This document shows positions 33,651 through 43,917 of a stretch of DNA of 44,686 bases, in pieces. The position numbers and the translations under genes were made by a program. Each line of letters starts with the position of its first letter. Position 1 is the first letter of the stretch. The notes beneath the pieces were generated by a model that worked only from the letters and a program-made list of their open reading frames with translations, did no database searches and had not been told where the DNA came from. The stretch lies in the NCBI GenBank assembly GCA_001600695.1, contig BCKQ01000007.1:1-44686 (forward strand), given 5' to 3'. This DNA is from Ascoidea asiatica JCM 7603. Its lineage: Eukaryota; Fungi; Ascomycota.

Positions 33651-34144
33651 TCCCAGCTTCTTCTCCTGTATTTATATTCATCTTCTCACTGATATCGCTC
33701 CAACATCTCACGTGCCTTTCCCAACAATCTCCTCTGCTCTCCTCGCCACTTTCCCGGGTCTCCTTTCTCTTCTTTCTCTTTCCTGGCCCAACAACGGCTT
33801 CTTTTTCTTCTTCTCCTTCCGAGCTCACGTGCCTTCTCTTCTCTTTCTTTCTCTTCTTATCGGATCTCGCTAATAACAATAACAATAACAATATTAACAA
33901 TATCAATAATAATATCAATTTAAACTTAAGAATCTTCAAGATTCTCAGGATTCCTAATAAATAGACTGGTTTTGATCTTGTTTAAATATTTCCCTTTTGA
34001 ATATAAACTTGATTTGCCTCCTTTCTTCTTTCTTCTTTCTTCTTTCTTCTTTTTAACTATTCTCATTTATTTCTATTCATTTCTTATATTATAAACTATT
34101 TCATATTCAAAATTATATCCATTATTCATAATCTTTTAAAAAAA

Positions 34145-35737
34145 ATGATTGATGAATTAAATTCAAAAATATCCATTAAATTGGAAAATAATATATCTTC
34201 AGATAATAATAATGATAATGATATTAAAAATGAATTAAAATTTAGAAAAAATACATCTTCAAAGGATATAAATATAAATACAAATTCAAATTCAAATTCA
34301 AATTCAAATTCAAGTTCAGATTCTGATTCTGAATTATCAAATCTATCAAATATTAAAAAATCCAACTTACCTACTACTACTACTTCTTCTTCACCAAAAA
34401 AATTATCAAATTTTAAAAATTTTAAAAAAAATTTAAATATTTCTTATCATTTTTTAAAATTTTTTTTAAATGTTTTATTTTTTATAATTAGTATAATTTC
34501 AATAATCTTAACACAATTAATTGGTTTAATAATTTCAAAATTTATTTCAATTAAAAATCCTGAATTTAAAGAATCTTGGTTAAATTTTACAAAAAAATTA
34601 TTCTTAATTTTAATTATAACTATAAATAATAATTTATCACCTTGTGAAATTTCAATAATTTGGGAAAAAGATTTAAATCAAATTCAAAATCAAAATCAAA
34701 ATCAAAATTTAAATAATAATGATGATATTTTTGAAAATTTATTATTAAAATTAAATCCATTCTCAATAATTATTTCAAATCATCAAATTTATATAGATTG
34801 GTTATATATTTGGTGGTTAGCATATATTGCAAATCTTTCAAATTTTATTTATATTATGTTAAAAGATTCTTTAAAAAAAATTCCAATTTTAGGTTTTGGT
34901 ATGAATAATTTTAATTTTATATTCTTAAAAAGAAATTGGAATTTAGATAAATTTATAATTAAAAAAAATTTATTAAAAATTGATGCAAATGCAAGAGGTA
35001 AAGGTCCAGCTTCAATTTATTATCCAAATTTTTATAATAATTATAATAATAATAATTCTTTAATAATTTATCCAGATGGTAAAAATTTTAAAAAATCTTG
35101 GCCATATTGGTTAATTTTATTTCCTGAAGGTACTAATTTCTCAAATAATAGAAAAATTATTTCAAATAATTATTGTGATAAAATGAATCATTATCATTTT
35201 AATAATGTTTTATATCCAAGAATTACTGGTTTAAGATATTCTTTAAGAAATTTATCAAAATCTTGTAATTATTTAATTGATTTAACAATTGCTTTTAATG
35301 ATATTAAAAAAAATGAATTTCCAGAATTAAAATTTACTTTAAAACAAATTTATTTATATGGTAATGGTCCAAAAAAAATTCAAATTTTTTTAAAAAATTT
35401 TAAAATTAATAATATTAATGGTTTAAATTTAATTAATGATAATGAATCAAATGATGATGAATTAAAAAATTCAAAAATTTTTGAAAATTGGTTAATTAAT
35501 TTATGGGAAAAAAAAGATAATTTATTAAATTCATTTTATAAAAATAATTATTCATTTTTTGATATTAATAATATTAATGAATCAAAAAATTTTAATCAAT
35601 TTAATACAAAATTAATTTTAAATAATAATTTTGAATTTATTCAAATTTTTATTATACCTTTTGCATTTTTTTTATTAATTAGAATTTTTTTCATTTTTTT
35701 AAATTCTTTTATATTTAAAATTTTATTATCAATATAA
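34145..35737 (+). CDS. CST26: Lysophospholipid acyltransferase (Cst26/Psi1-YDR018C family)
   Basis: SNHQIYIDWLYIW (NHxxxxD), LKDSLKKIPILGFGM, FIFLKRNW, LFPEGTN, VLYPRITG. Confidence 0.85.
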   Translation: MIDELNSKISIKLENNISSDNNNDNDIKNELKFRKNTSSKDININTNSNSNSNSNSSSDSDSELSNLSNIKKSNLPTTTTSSSPKKLSNFKNFKKNLNISYHFLKFFLNVLFFIISIISIILTQLIGLIISKFISIKNPEFKESWLNFTKKLFLILIITINNNLSPCEISIIWEKDLNQIQNQNQNQNLNNNDDIFENLLLKLNPFSIIISNHQIYIDWLYIWWLAYIANLSNFIYIMLKDSLKKIPILGFGMNNFNFIFLKRNWNLDKFIIKKNLLKIDANARGKGPASIYYPNFYNNYNNNNSLIIYPDGKNFKKSWPYWLILFPEGTNFSNNRKIISNNYCDKMNHYHFNNVLYPRITGLRYSLRNLSKSCNYLIDLTIAFNDIKKNEFPELKFTLKQIYLYGNGPKKIQIFLKNFKINNINGLNLINDNESNDDELKNSKIFENWLINLWEKKDNLLNSFYKNNYSFFDINNINESKNFNQFNTKLILNNNFEFIQIFIIPFAFFLLIRIFFIFLNSFIFKILLSI

Positions 35738-35753
35738 TTTTTAAAAGATTTAT

Positions 35754-36875
35754 TTATATAATAATATTATCAATTTTATGATTTTTAAATTTCTTATTAA
35801 CTCTATCAATTGATCTTAACATAAATCTAGATCCAATAATTGTAAATTCCAAACATTCATTATCATCATCATCTTCATCATCTTCATCATCATCATATTC
35901 CTCATTAAAATATGATTTTAAATTAAATGGTATAAAAAATTTAAAACTTGAACCCTTTTTTTCAATCATTCTTAAACCACCTAAAATTTCTTTATCTGAA
36001 AAATTTAAATCATTATAATCTTTAGAAATTCTTTTATTATCATAAATTTTATATCTTGAAGGTATAATTAATAGAAAATATTTTTGAAATTCATATAATA
36101 TAATTCCAATTAAACCAATAATTTGTTTATTATTACTATTTGAAATTTGAATTAAAGCTCCATTAAAATCACATGAAGATAATTTTGAAGAAAAATTTAT
36201 AATTTTATTATCTTTAAAATTATAATTTTCATTTTTATCATTATTTTCTTTATATTTTTTTAATTGTAATAATTCATGAATATAATTTAACCATAATTTA
36301 TTTAAATTTATATATGATTCAAATTTTGGTAAATTTTTATAATTTTTAAATTGATTTAAATTAATTTTTAAATTTGAAAATTTTTTTTCAATTTTATTTT
36401 TATTATTAATTTTTAAAAATTTTTTCTTAAAATTTCTTTTTATTGAATTTATTTTTTTTTCAATCTTTTTTTGTTCATTTAAAGTATTAGTTATATAATT
36501 TTTTAAAAGTTTTTTAGTATTTTCATTTTTTTTCATTATATTCAAATTTTCAAATTTATTTTTATTATTAACACTATTATTATTATTATTGATAATGAAA
36601 CTTGATTGATTTATATAACCAATTTTACCATTAATATATAAATTTTTATTAATATTTTCATTAATATCTTTAATAAAATTAATATTATTTGAAATTATTG
36701 AAGAATATAAAGATTTATTTAAATTTTTTTTTTCAAATTCATTATTTGTTGGAATTAAATTTATAAAATTTTTTTGTTTTGAAATTAATGAATATCTTGA
36801 TTCTAATAATTCATTAATTTGATTTTTTTGATGAGATCTAGATAATAATAAAGTTTCCAAAGGATATTCATGCAT
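35754..36875 (-). CDS. POP4: RNase P/MRP subunit Pop4 (Rpp29)
   Basis: LNKLWLNYIHELL, KLSSCDFNGA, IGLIGIILYE, FTIIGSRFMLRSIDRVNKKFK. Confidence 0.88.
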   Translation of the reverse strand: MHEYPLETLLLSRSHQKNQINELLESRYSLISKQKNFINLIPTNNEFEKKNLNKSLYSSIISNNINFIKDINENINKNLYINGKIGYINQSSFIINNNNNSVNNKNKFENLNIMKKNENTKKLLKNYITNTLNEQKKIEKKINSIKRNFKKKFLKINNKNKIEKKFSNLKINLNQFKNYKNLPKFESYINLNKLWLNYIHELLQLKKYKENNDKNENYNFKDNKIINFSSKLSSCDFNGALIQISNSNNKQIIGLIGIILYEFQKYFLLIIPSRYKIYDNKRISKDYNDLNFSDKEILGGLRMIEKKGSSFKFFIPFNLKSYFNEEYDDDEDDEDDDDNECLEFTIIGSRFMLRSIDRVNKKFKNHKIDNIII

Positions 36876-36882
36876 TTTTGTT

Positions 36883-36948
36883 GTTATTTATGAAGTTATT
36901 TATGAAGTTATTTATGAAGTTATTTATGAAGTTATTTATGAAGTTATT
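36883..36948 (+). repeat. 12-bp minisatellite (GTTATTTATGAA)x5.5 directly upstream of the POP4 ATG
   Basis: Directly visible tandem array. Confidence 0.95.
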
Positions 36949-37394
36949 CTTTTATTTCCTTTATTTTAAATATTTAAAATAAATATTTAAAATAATGAAT
37001 AAATCCCGATAACAATAATCCTATTAGTAGAGGTTCTTATAAGAGAGGTTCGGTAAATAAAATATCCGTTTCCGGATGACCACGGAAATGTGGAAAATAA
37101 GCAGTTCCATAAAACTGGCGATAAATTTTGATTTTTTTTTTATTTTTTTTTTTTTTTAAAAACTGACTGATAAAGTTAAGAAATATCCGAAATGAATTTT
37201 TGGTAAGGATAAATTAAAAATGAATATGAAATATTTTTGTATGAGAAAAAGAGTTAAACGAGAAATGTAAGACAAAAGAGTTATTATAAATAGTTTATTA
37301 TTTCTTAAGCTTTATTATTTATATTATTTATATTATTTATATTATTTATATTATTATTCAGTTATTCAGTTATTCAGTTATTTAAATACTTAAA

Positions 37395-38264
37395 ATGACA
37401 AAGGTAAATGAAATTAAAGATACAATGGATAATAATAATAACAATAATAAAGAAGAATATAAATTAATTGGAGATGAATATCATAAAGAAATTTTAAAAC
37501 ATCCATTATATAAATATTTTTTAAAAAATAAGAAATATAAACAAATTTCACATATTTTAAAAACTAATAAAAATAGAAATAATGGATTATTAACAGCTCA
37601 AACATTAATTAAAGATAATTTAATTTTTAAATATCCAATAATATTTATAAAAAATAATAAAAATAAAAATCATTTAATTATTAAAGATTTATATAAAATG
37701 GATAATGAAATGATTGATGAATATGATGAAGAAGATGATGAAGATGAAGATGAAGATGAGAATGAATTAATTGCATTTTATCATTTAGGTAATGAATTAA
37801 ATGGACAATTTAATATTATTCATGGTGGATTAATTGCAACAATCTTAGATGAAAATTTATATAAATGTTGTTTATCATTAATTAAAAAAAATAAATTTGG
37901 AGTTACTGCAAATTTAAATATAAATTATAAAAAACCAATAATTGAAAATAATTATTTAATTTTACATTCAAAAATTTTAAAAAAAAATGGTAAAAAAATT
38001 TTTGGATATGGTAAAATTGAAAATTTATTAATGAATAAAATTAAAATTAAAGATGAATTTAAATTTGATGATAATTTAATTTTAAATTATTATTTGAATG
38101 AATATAATATTAATAATGATATTAAACATTTTAATGAAAATACAAAAAATTTGAATATGAATTTATTAGTTGAAGCTTCAATTTTAGTTATTCAACCAAA
38201 ATGGGATATCTCTTATGATATCTCTTATGATAATGATAATGATAATGATAATGATAATCAATAA
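37395..38264 (+). CDS. Hotdog-fold PaaI-type thioesterase (Fmp10/Mrx3-like)
   Basis: FYHLGNELNGQFNIIHGGLIATILDE...GVTANLNINYKKP...LLVEASILVIQPKW. Confidence 0.82.
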   Translation: MTKVNEIKDTMDNNNNNNKEEYKLIGDEYHKEILKHPLYKYFLKNKKYKQISHILKTNKNRNNGLLTAQTLIKDNLIFKYPIIFIKNNKNKNHLIIKDLYKMDNEMIDEYDEEDDEDEDEDENELIAFYHLGNELNGQFNIIHGGLIATILDENLYKCCLSLIKKNKFGVTANLNINYKKPIIENNYLILHSKILKKNGKKIFGYGKIENLLMNKIKIKDEFKFDDNLILNYYLNEYNINNDIKHFNENTKNLNMNLLVEASILVIQPKWDISYDISYDNDNDNDNDNQ

Positions 38265-38903
38265 TTAAAGGGTGAATAAAAGATATAAATAATAGATAAG
38301 TAGATAATAATAATAATAATATAATATAATATAATATAATATATAGCTAGATAAATAAATGAATCCATATTCAAGGTAGTCCTAGAAATAAAAACAAGAT
38401 CCAATACAATGGTCTCTATCTGTTACTTAGCCACTAAAGGGCTGGTGGATTAAAACCAGTGGCTGGCACAGTTACCCTGACATAGAAAAATAAATTTAAA
38501 AACAGCTGTCGCGTGATCAATTACCTGTGACATGTGATACTGCTGCATGTGACCTGGTCAAAAGATGGAGAAGCTTCACCTTCTCCAGATTTATAATTGC
38601 TACAAATCTCTGAGATCCTGCAATATATTTCTACTGCAGTGGTATTCGAGTTCTGATAGTGATAGTAATACTGATAGTAATAGAAAGGTGAGTGAGTGGT
38701 AAAGAATGGCATCACTGCTGGTAATTGGTGCTTCAATGACCAGCAACGTTTAGTATATAAACTGGCTTATCTCCCTCATGTTTTACATCTTTTATATTTA
38801 TTTCATCTGAAATAATTTTTATATCTTATAGAAATTAGATATTCTTCTCTTCTCTTCTCTTCTCTTCAATTCAATTCATTCAACTCAATTCAATTCAATT
38901 ACA

Positions 38904-39629
38904 ATGTCGTATGTACTATACTATATTATTGAAATATAATTTCAAATATAATTTCAAATATAAATCCTAAATTACTTTTTAACTAACTTTATTTTTATAT
39001 ATATATAAAGTTATGCAAAAGCTGCTTCTGATTCTGATTCATTTGATGAAACTAAAAAAGGTATTAAATCAGATTCAAAAAATTTAGAAAAAAATTTAAA
39101 TTTAAAAACAAATGAAATTTCAAAAAATTCAGAAAATAAATTAAATGAATTTTCAAAAAATTCAAGAAATTTTATTAATGATATTTCAAATAAAGCTGAT
39201 GAAAAAAGTAAAAATTTTAAAAAACAATATAATGAAGTTTATAATGATTTAAAAGAAAATGTTTCAAATACTTTAACAATTGAAGAAAAAGAAAATTTAA
39301 AAAAAAATTCAAAAGTTGCAAAAAATAAATTAATTAATTTTTTTAATTATATTTTAAATAATTTAAATTATTCTTCAAATTTAATTTTAAATTCTTCTTC
39401 AAATTTAATTTTTAATATTAAAAATGAATTAAAAAATCCAATAATTTTATCTCAATCAATTTTAACTATTGGTGCTATATCTTCTGGGATTTATACTTAT
39501 AATAATCGTTTTAAATTTAAAAAAATTCCTGATGATGTTTTTTATGTTTATGCTTCTATTTTAACTGGTGCTATTGTCTTAGATGGTGTATTATTTAAAT
39601 CTCTTTATCCAAAATATAAAAAACATTAA
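38904..39629 (+). CDS. OM14: Mitochondrial outer membrane protein Om14; 2 exons (38904-38908, 39011-39629), 207 aa
   Basis: ATG TC|GTATGT donor, AACTAAC branch point at 38981, AAG| acceptor at 39010; splices to MSYAKAAS...ELKNPIILSQ...LDGVLFKSLYPKYKKH, an Om14-like C-terminus. TATATAAA at 38754. Missed by the ORF track. Confidence 0.85.
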
Positions 39630-40173
39630 TTTATATATACTCTATATATACAACACTATAATTCTCTTTCTATTATTTATATACATTATTTATATAACTT
39701 AACTGAATATATCAATTTTATTATCAATCTTATGATAAAATAAGCTATTTTATATTTCCAGATCAATTCCTGGTAAAATAAAAATTCAATCCTTGCCACG
39801 GATATAAAAACAAATCCGTCAACGCAAGTCTCTGCAGGTATCTGTATCTCAAAGTACACATACCTCCAGCCACATCTAGTCACACCGCTGCACACTCTCT
39901 CACATAATTGCACAGCTGTCCAAATTTTCGACTTTTCTTTCATTTTTCCACTTTAAAAACATTTCATTCAATTCTCATTTAATTCCAAAACAAATATTCA
40001 TTAATCTATTCATTGTTATTGTTATTATAATTGTTATTATAATTGTTATTGTCATTATCGATATCAATAAGATAAGATAATCAGATTATATTTACTAATC
40101 AATTAATTAAAGATCAAAGAATATTAATCATAGAATATATTCAATTAATTATTTCAAATACCTTATATAAAAA

Positions 40174-42270
40174 ATGACAAGTGTAGTTGAAAAAATTTCA
40201 AATTTATCAAATAATCAAAATTTCATATCTTTAGAATTCTTTCCACCAAAAACTGAAATTGGTTTTCAAAATTTATTATCAAGAATTAAAAGATTATCAA
40301 TTTTAAATCCTTTATTTATAAGTATAACATGGGGTGCAAATGGTTCAACTTTTAAAAAATCTTTAAAATTAGCTTCATATTGTTCTAATTTTTTAAATTT
40401 AACTACAATTTTACATTTAACTTGTACAAATACAAATAAAAAAATTATTGATAATGCTTTAAAATTTGCTAAAAAAAATAATATTAAAAATATTTTAGCT
40501 TTAAGAGGTGATCCTCCTATAGATAATCAATACTTTAATATTAATAATCAATTTAATAATGATTATAATTTTAATATAAATGATATTAATGATAATGATG
40601 ATTATGTTTATGAAGATTATAATCAAAACAACAATGAACAATATGACAATGACAATGAAGATAAAGATGATGATGAAGATAAAGATTATCAATTCAATTA
40701 TGCTGTAGATTTAATTAAATATATTAGAAAAAAATATGGTGATTATTTTTGTATTGGTGTTGCAGCTTATCCTGAAGGTCATATTGATGGTTCAATAACT
40801 CAAAATCAAAATTATAAAAATGATATACCATTTTTAATTGAAAAAATTAATTCTGGTGCAAATTTTATTATAACTCAATTATTTTATAATATTGAAAATT
40901 ATTTAAATTGGCAAAATGAAATTTTTAAAATTAATGAATTTAAAAATATACCAATAATACCTGCTTTAATGCCAATTAATGCTTTTAATTCTTTTAATAG
41001 AGCTTCAAAATTATCTCATGCTTCAATTCCAATAGAAATTTTAAATAAATTTCCAAAAAATATTCAAAATGATGATTATCAAGTTAAAAAAATTGGTGTT
41101 GAAATTTTAAATGAAATTATTAATAAATTATTTGAAAATAATATTAATATTAATAATAATAATAATAATCATAAAACATTAAAAGGTATACATTTTTATA
41201 CTTTAAATCTTGAAAAATCTGTTGCTCATATTGTCACAGGTTCAAAATATTTAAATAAAAATATTATTAAAAATCCAATAAAATTTATTAATAATGATAT
41301 TAATAAAATTACTAAAAATTTAAATGAAATTTCATTAATAAATACAAATAATTTATTAATTTCAAATAATGAATTTTTAAATAATAATATAATTAAAAAT
41401 TTTGAATTAAATCCAAAAACAATCTTAGAAATTTCAACTGGTGAAGGAACTCTTGGTAAAGAAGCAACTTGGGATGAATTTCCAAATGGTAGATTTGGTG
41501 ATTCAAGATCTCCAGCTTTTGGAGAAATTGATGGTTATGGACCTTCAATAAAAATTCCTGATGGTATTAAAAATCCATTAATTGAATTATGGGGTTTCCC
41601 ACAAAATTTAAATGATTTTTCAAAAATTTTTATAAATTATCTTTCAAAAAAAAATTATTATTTACCATTTTCTGATTTAAAAATTTCAATTGAAGCTTTA
41701 TTAATTCAAGAATTTTTAATTGAAATTAATTTAAAAAATTGGTTTTCATTATCTTCACAACCATGTGTAAATGGTTATAAATCAAATGATAAAATTTTTG
41801 GTTGGGGTCCTAAAAATGGTTATGTTTATCAAAAATCATTTATTGAAATTTTATTAAATAAAAATGATTGGGAATTAAATTTAAAATTAAAATTAAATAA
41901 AATTGAAGAAAATAAAATTGGTTATTATGCAATAAATTTTAATGGAAAATATTTTGAAACAAATTTACCAAAAGATAAAAGAACTGTAGCTATAACATGG
42001 GGAGTTTTTCCAAATAGAGAAATTATTCAAACAACAATTTTAGAAGAAGAAAGTTTTAAAGCTTGGAAAGATGAAGCATTTAAAATTCTTTTAGAATGGA
42101 GTAATTTATATATTATTTATAATAAAAATTCAAAAGATGAAAAAGAAAAAGAAAAATCTTTAAATAGTTATAAATTATTAAAAAATATTCATGATAATTT
42201 TATTTTAGTTCAAATTTATCATAATGATTATGAAGAAGAAAATGCTTTATGGGATCTTATTCTTGATTAA
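40174..42270 (+). CDS. MET12: Methylenetetrahydrofolate reductase, Met12 type
   Basis: ISLEFFPPKT, LHLTCTN, ILALRGDPP, IGVAAYPEGH, ITQLFY, HFYTLNLE, ATWDEFPNGRFGDSRSPAFGEIDGYGPS. Confidence 0.93.
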   Translation: MTSVVEKISNLSNNQNFISLEFFPPKTEIGFQNLLSRIKRLSILNPLFISITWGANGSTFKKSLKLASYCSNFLNLTTILHLTCTNTNKKIIDNALKFAKKNNIKNILALRGDPPIDNQYFNINNQFNNDYNFNINDINDNDDYVYEDYNQNNNEQYDNDNEDKDDDEDKDYQFNYAVDLIKYIRKKYGDYFCIGVAAYPEGHIDGSITQNQNYKNDIPFLIEKINSGANFIITQLFYNIENYLNWQNEIFKINEFKNIPIIPALMPINAFNSFNRASKLSHASIPIEILNKFPKNIQNDDYQVKKIGVEILNEIINKLFENNININNNNNNHKTLKGIHFYTLNLEKSVAHIVTGSKYLNKNIIKNPIKFINNDINKITKNLNEISLINTNNLLISNNEFLNNNIIKNFELNPKTILEISTGEGTLGKEATWDEFPNGRFGDSRSPAFGEIDGYGPSIKIPDGIKNPLIELWGFPQNLNDFSKIFINYLSKKNYYLPFSDLKISIEALLIQEFLIEINLKNWFSLSSQPCVNGYKSNDKIFGWGPKNGYVYQKSFIEILLNKNDWELNLKLKLNKIEENKIGYYAINFNGKYFETNLPKDKRTVAITWGVFPNREIIQTTILEEESFKAWKDEAFKILLEWSNLYIIYNKNSKDEKEKEKSLNSYKLLKNIHDNFILVQIYHNDYEEENALWDLILD

Positions 42271-42483
42271 ATTAATAAATATAAAGTACAATGTACAATG
42301 TACAAAGTGCAAAAGTATAATTTATATAATAATTTTTTTTGAAAAAATAATAGAGTTTTTATTAATTAGTGATTAAGAACATTTTCTTTAATAGATTTAA
42401 TAATAATAGAAATTTAACTTTTTAAATAATTTAGTAAGGAAATTAAATGATAAAAAAGGATAAAAAATTAATATATAAGAAAC

Positions 42484-43917
42484 TTAATCTAAAGTTTCTA
42501 ATAAATGTATAATATTTTTATATTCTTCTTTTAAACTTTCCAATTTATCTTTTAAAAATTCTTTATTTTTTAAATTTTCAATTTGAATATTAGAATTAAT
42601 ATCTTCTTCATTTTCAATAATATATAATTCTTTAGTTTCTTGATTAATATAAGTTGGACCTTTTTTAACCATACTTGTTAAAATTTCATAAACAACTTGA
42701 GTTGCAGCTTTTGAAGTAATTTCAGCATGATCATAAGCAGGAGAAACTTCAACAATATCAGCACCAATAATATTTAAAGATTCAATACCTCTTAAAATTG
42801 CAATTAATTCTCTTGTTAACCAACCACCAACTTCTGGAGTTCCAGTACCAGGAGCAGAACTTGGATCAAGTACATCAATATCAACAGATAAATAAACTGG
42901 AGAATTTTTTGGAATTATATTTAAAATTTTTTTAATAATAAAATTTAAACCAAATTTCCAAATATCATCAGCTTCAATTCTGGTGAAACCTTGATTTGAA
43001 TCTTCAATATAATCAGATAAATCAGTTAATCTTGTTCTTAAACCTGCATGAATATTAGAATTATTTGATAATAAACCTTCATTATTTGCCATCCATAACA
43101 TTGAACCATGAGTAAATTGAGATTGATTTGAATGCCAAAATGAAGGATATTTTGATGGAGACCAATCATCAAGATGAGAATCAAAATGAATTAAAGAAAT
43201 TTTTCCATAAACTTTATATAAAGCTCTTAAAGATGATAAAGTTATAGAATGATCACCACCTAACATAAATAATTTTGGAAATGATTTTTTATTGATATTA
43301 TTGTTATTAGATAGATTATTTAATGAAGAATTTCTATTAATTAATAATTCTTCATAAGCTTTTGACATTTGTTTTAAAGCTAAATTATTATCCATTGGAG
43401 TTATTGGTACATCACCACAATCAATAATTTTAGCCCAAGAATTAAATGGATTTAAATTTGATCTAAAATTCCAAGATCTTTTTAAATTAATTCTTTGAGA
43501 AGCTTGTCTTATTGATCTTGGACCAAATCTTGCACCAGGTCTATAAGTTGTTGCAGTATCAAATGGGAAACCAATAATTGCAATATCATAATTTATATTT
43601 AAATTTAATAAACAATTATCATAAGGTAAATGAGCAAAAGTATTTATACCAGAGAATGGAAAACCTTCACCCCAAAGATCATTTAAAGATGGATTTTTTT
43701 TATTAAAATTAATATTTTGATTTAAAATATTATAAGATTGATCAATATTTGTATTTGAATTACTCTCTTCTTCATTATTATTAATATTATTATTAATATT
43801 GTTTAATATAGGTAATGGTAAATCAATATTTAAATCATTAATAAATTGATTTGAGATTGAGAATGAAAGAGAATAATTTAATAAAATTGGAAATATAAAT
43901 AGTGAAGATAATTTCAT
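42484..43917 (-). CDS. Ureohydrolase (agmatinase/guanidinobutyrase type) with N-terminal signal peptide
   Basis: [54 protein letters not shown]; hydrophobic [18 protein letters not shown] leader. Confidence 0.92.
   Translation of the reverse strand: MKLSSLFIFPILLNYSLSFSISNQFINDLNIDLPLPILNNINNNINNNEEESNSNTNIDQSYNILNQNINFNKKNPSLNDLWGEGFPFSGINTFAHLPYDNCLLNLNINYDIAIIGFPFDTATTYRPGARFGPRSIRQASQRINLKRSWNFRSNLNPFNSWAKIIDCGDVPITPMDNNLALKQMSKAYEELLINRNSSLNNLSNNNNINKKSFPKLFMLGGDHSITLSSLRALYKVYGKISLIHFDSHLDDWSPSKYPSFWHSNQSQFTHGSMLWMANNEGLLSNNSNIHAGLRTRLTDLSDYIEDSNQGFTRIEADDIWKFGLNFIIKKILNIIPKNSPVYLSVDIDVLDPSSAPGTGTPEVGGWLTRELIAILRGIESLNIIGADIVEVSPAYDHAEITSKAATQVVYEILTSMVKKGPTYINQETKELYIIENEEDINSNIQIENLKNKEFLKDKLESLKEEYKNIIHLLETLD

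Noticed and set aside
7431-36875. tRNA gene with POP5 and POP4 as an RNase P cluster
   Set aside because: POP4 is ~27 kb and many unrelated genes away from POP5; no evidence beyond coincidence.
13436-39943. Short ORFs in promoter regions (13436, 18980, 19110, 20975, 22088, 22243, 26176, 28741, 33566, 33577, 33640, 38521, 39686)
   Set aside because: Explained by locally higher GC or tandem repeats depleting stop codons; mostly non-ATG starts, atypical codon usage and no family motifs.
8717-40692. Short antisense or nested ORFs (8717, 9899, 15930, 16708, 25238, 26498, 27666, 32941, 33068, 33175, 34126, 40501)
   Set aside because: Shadows of real genes caused by strong codon bias; many have non-ATG starts.
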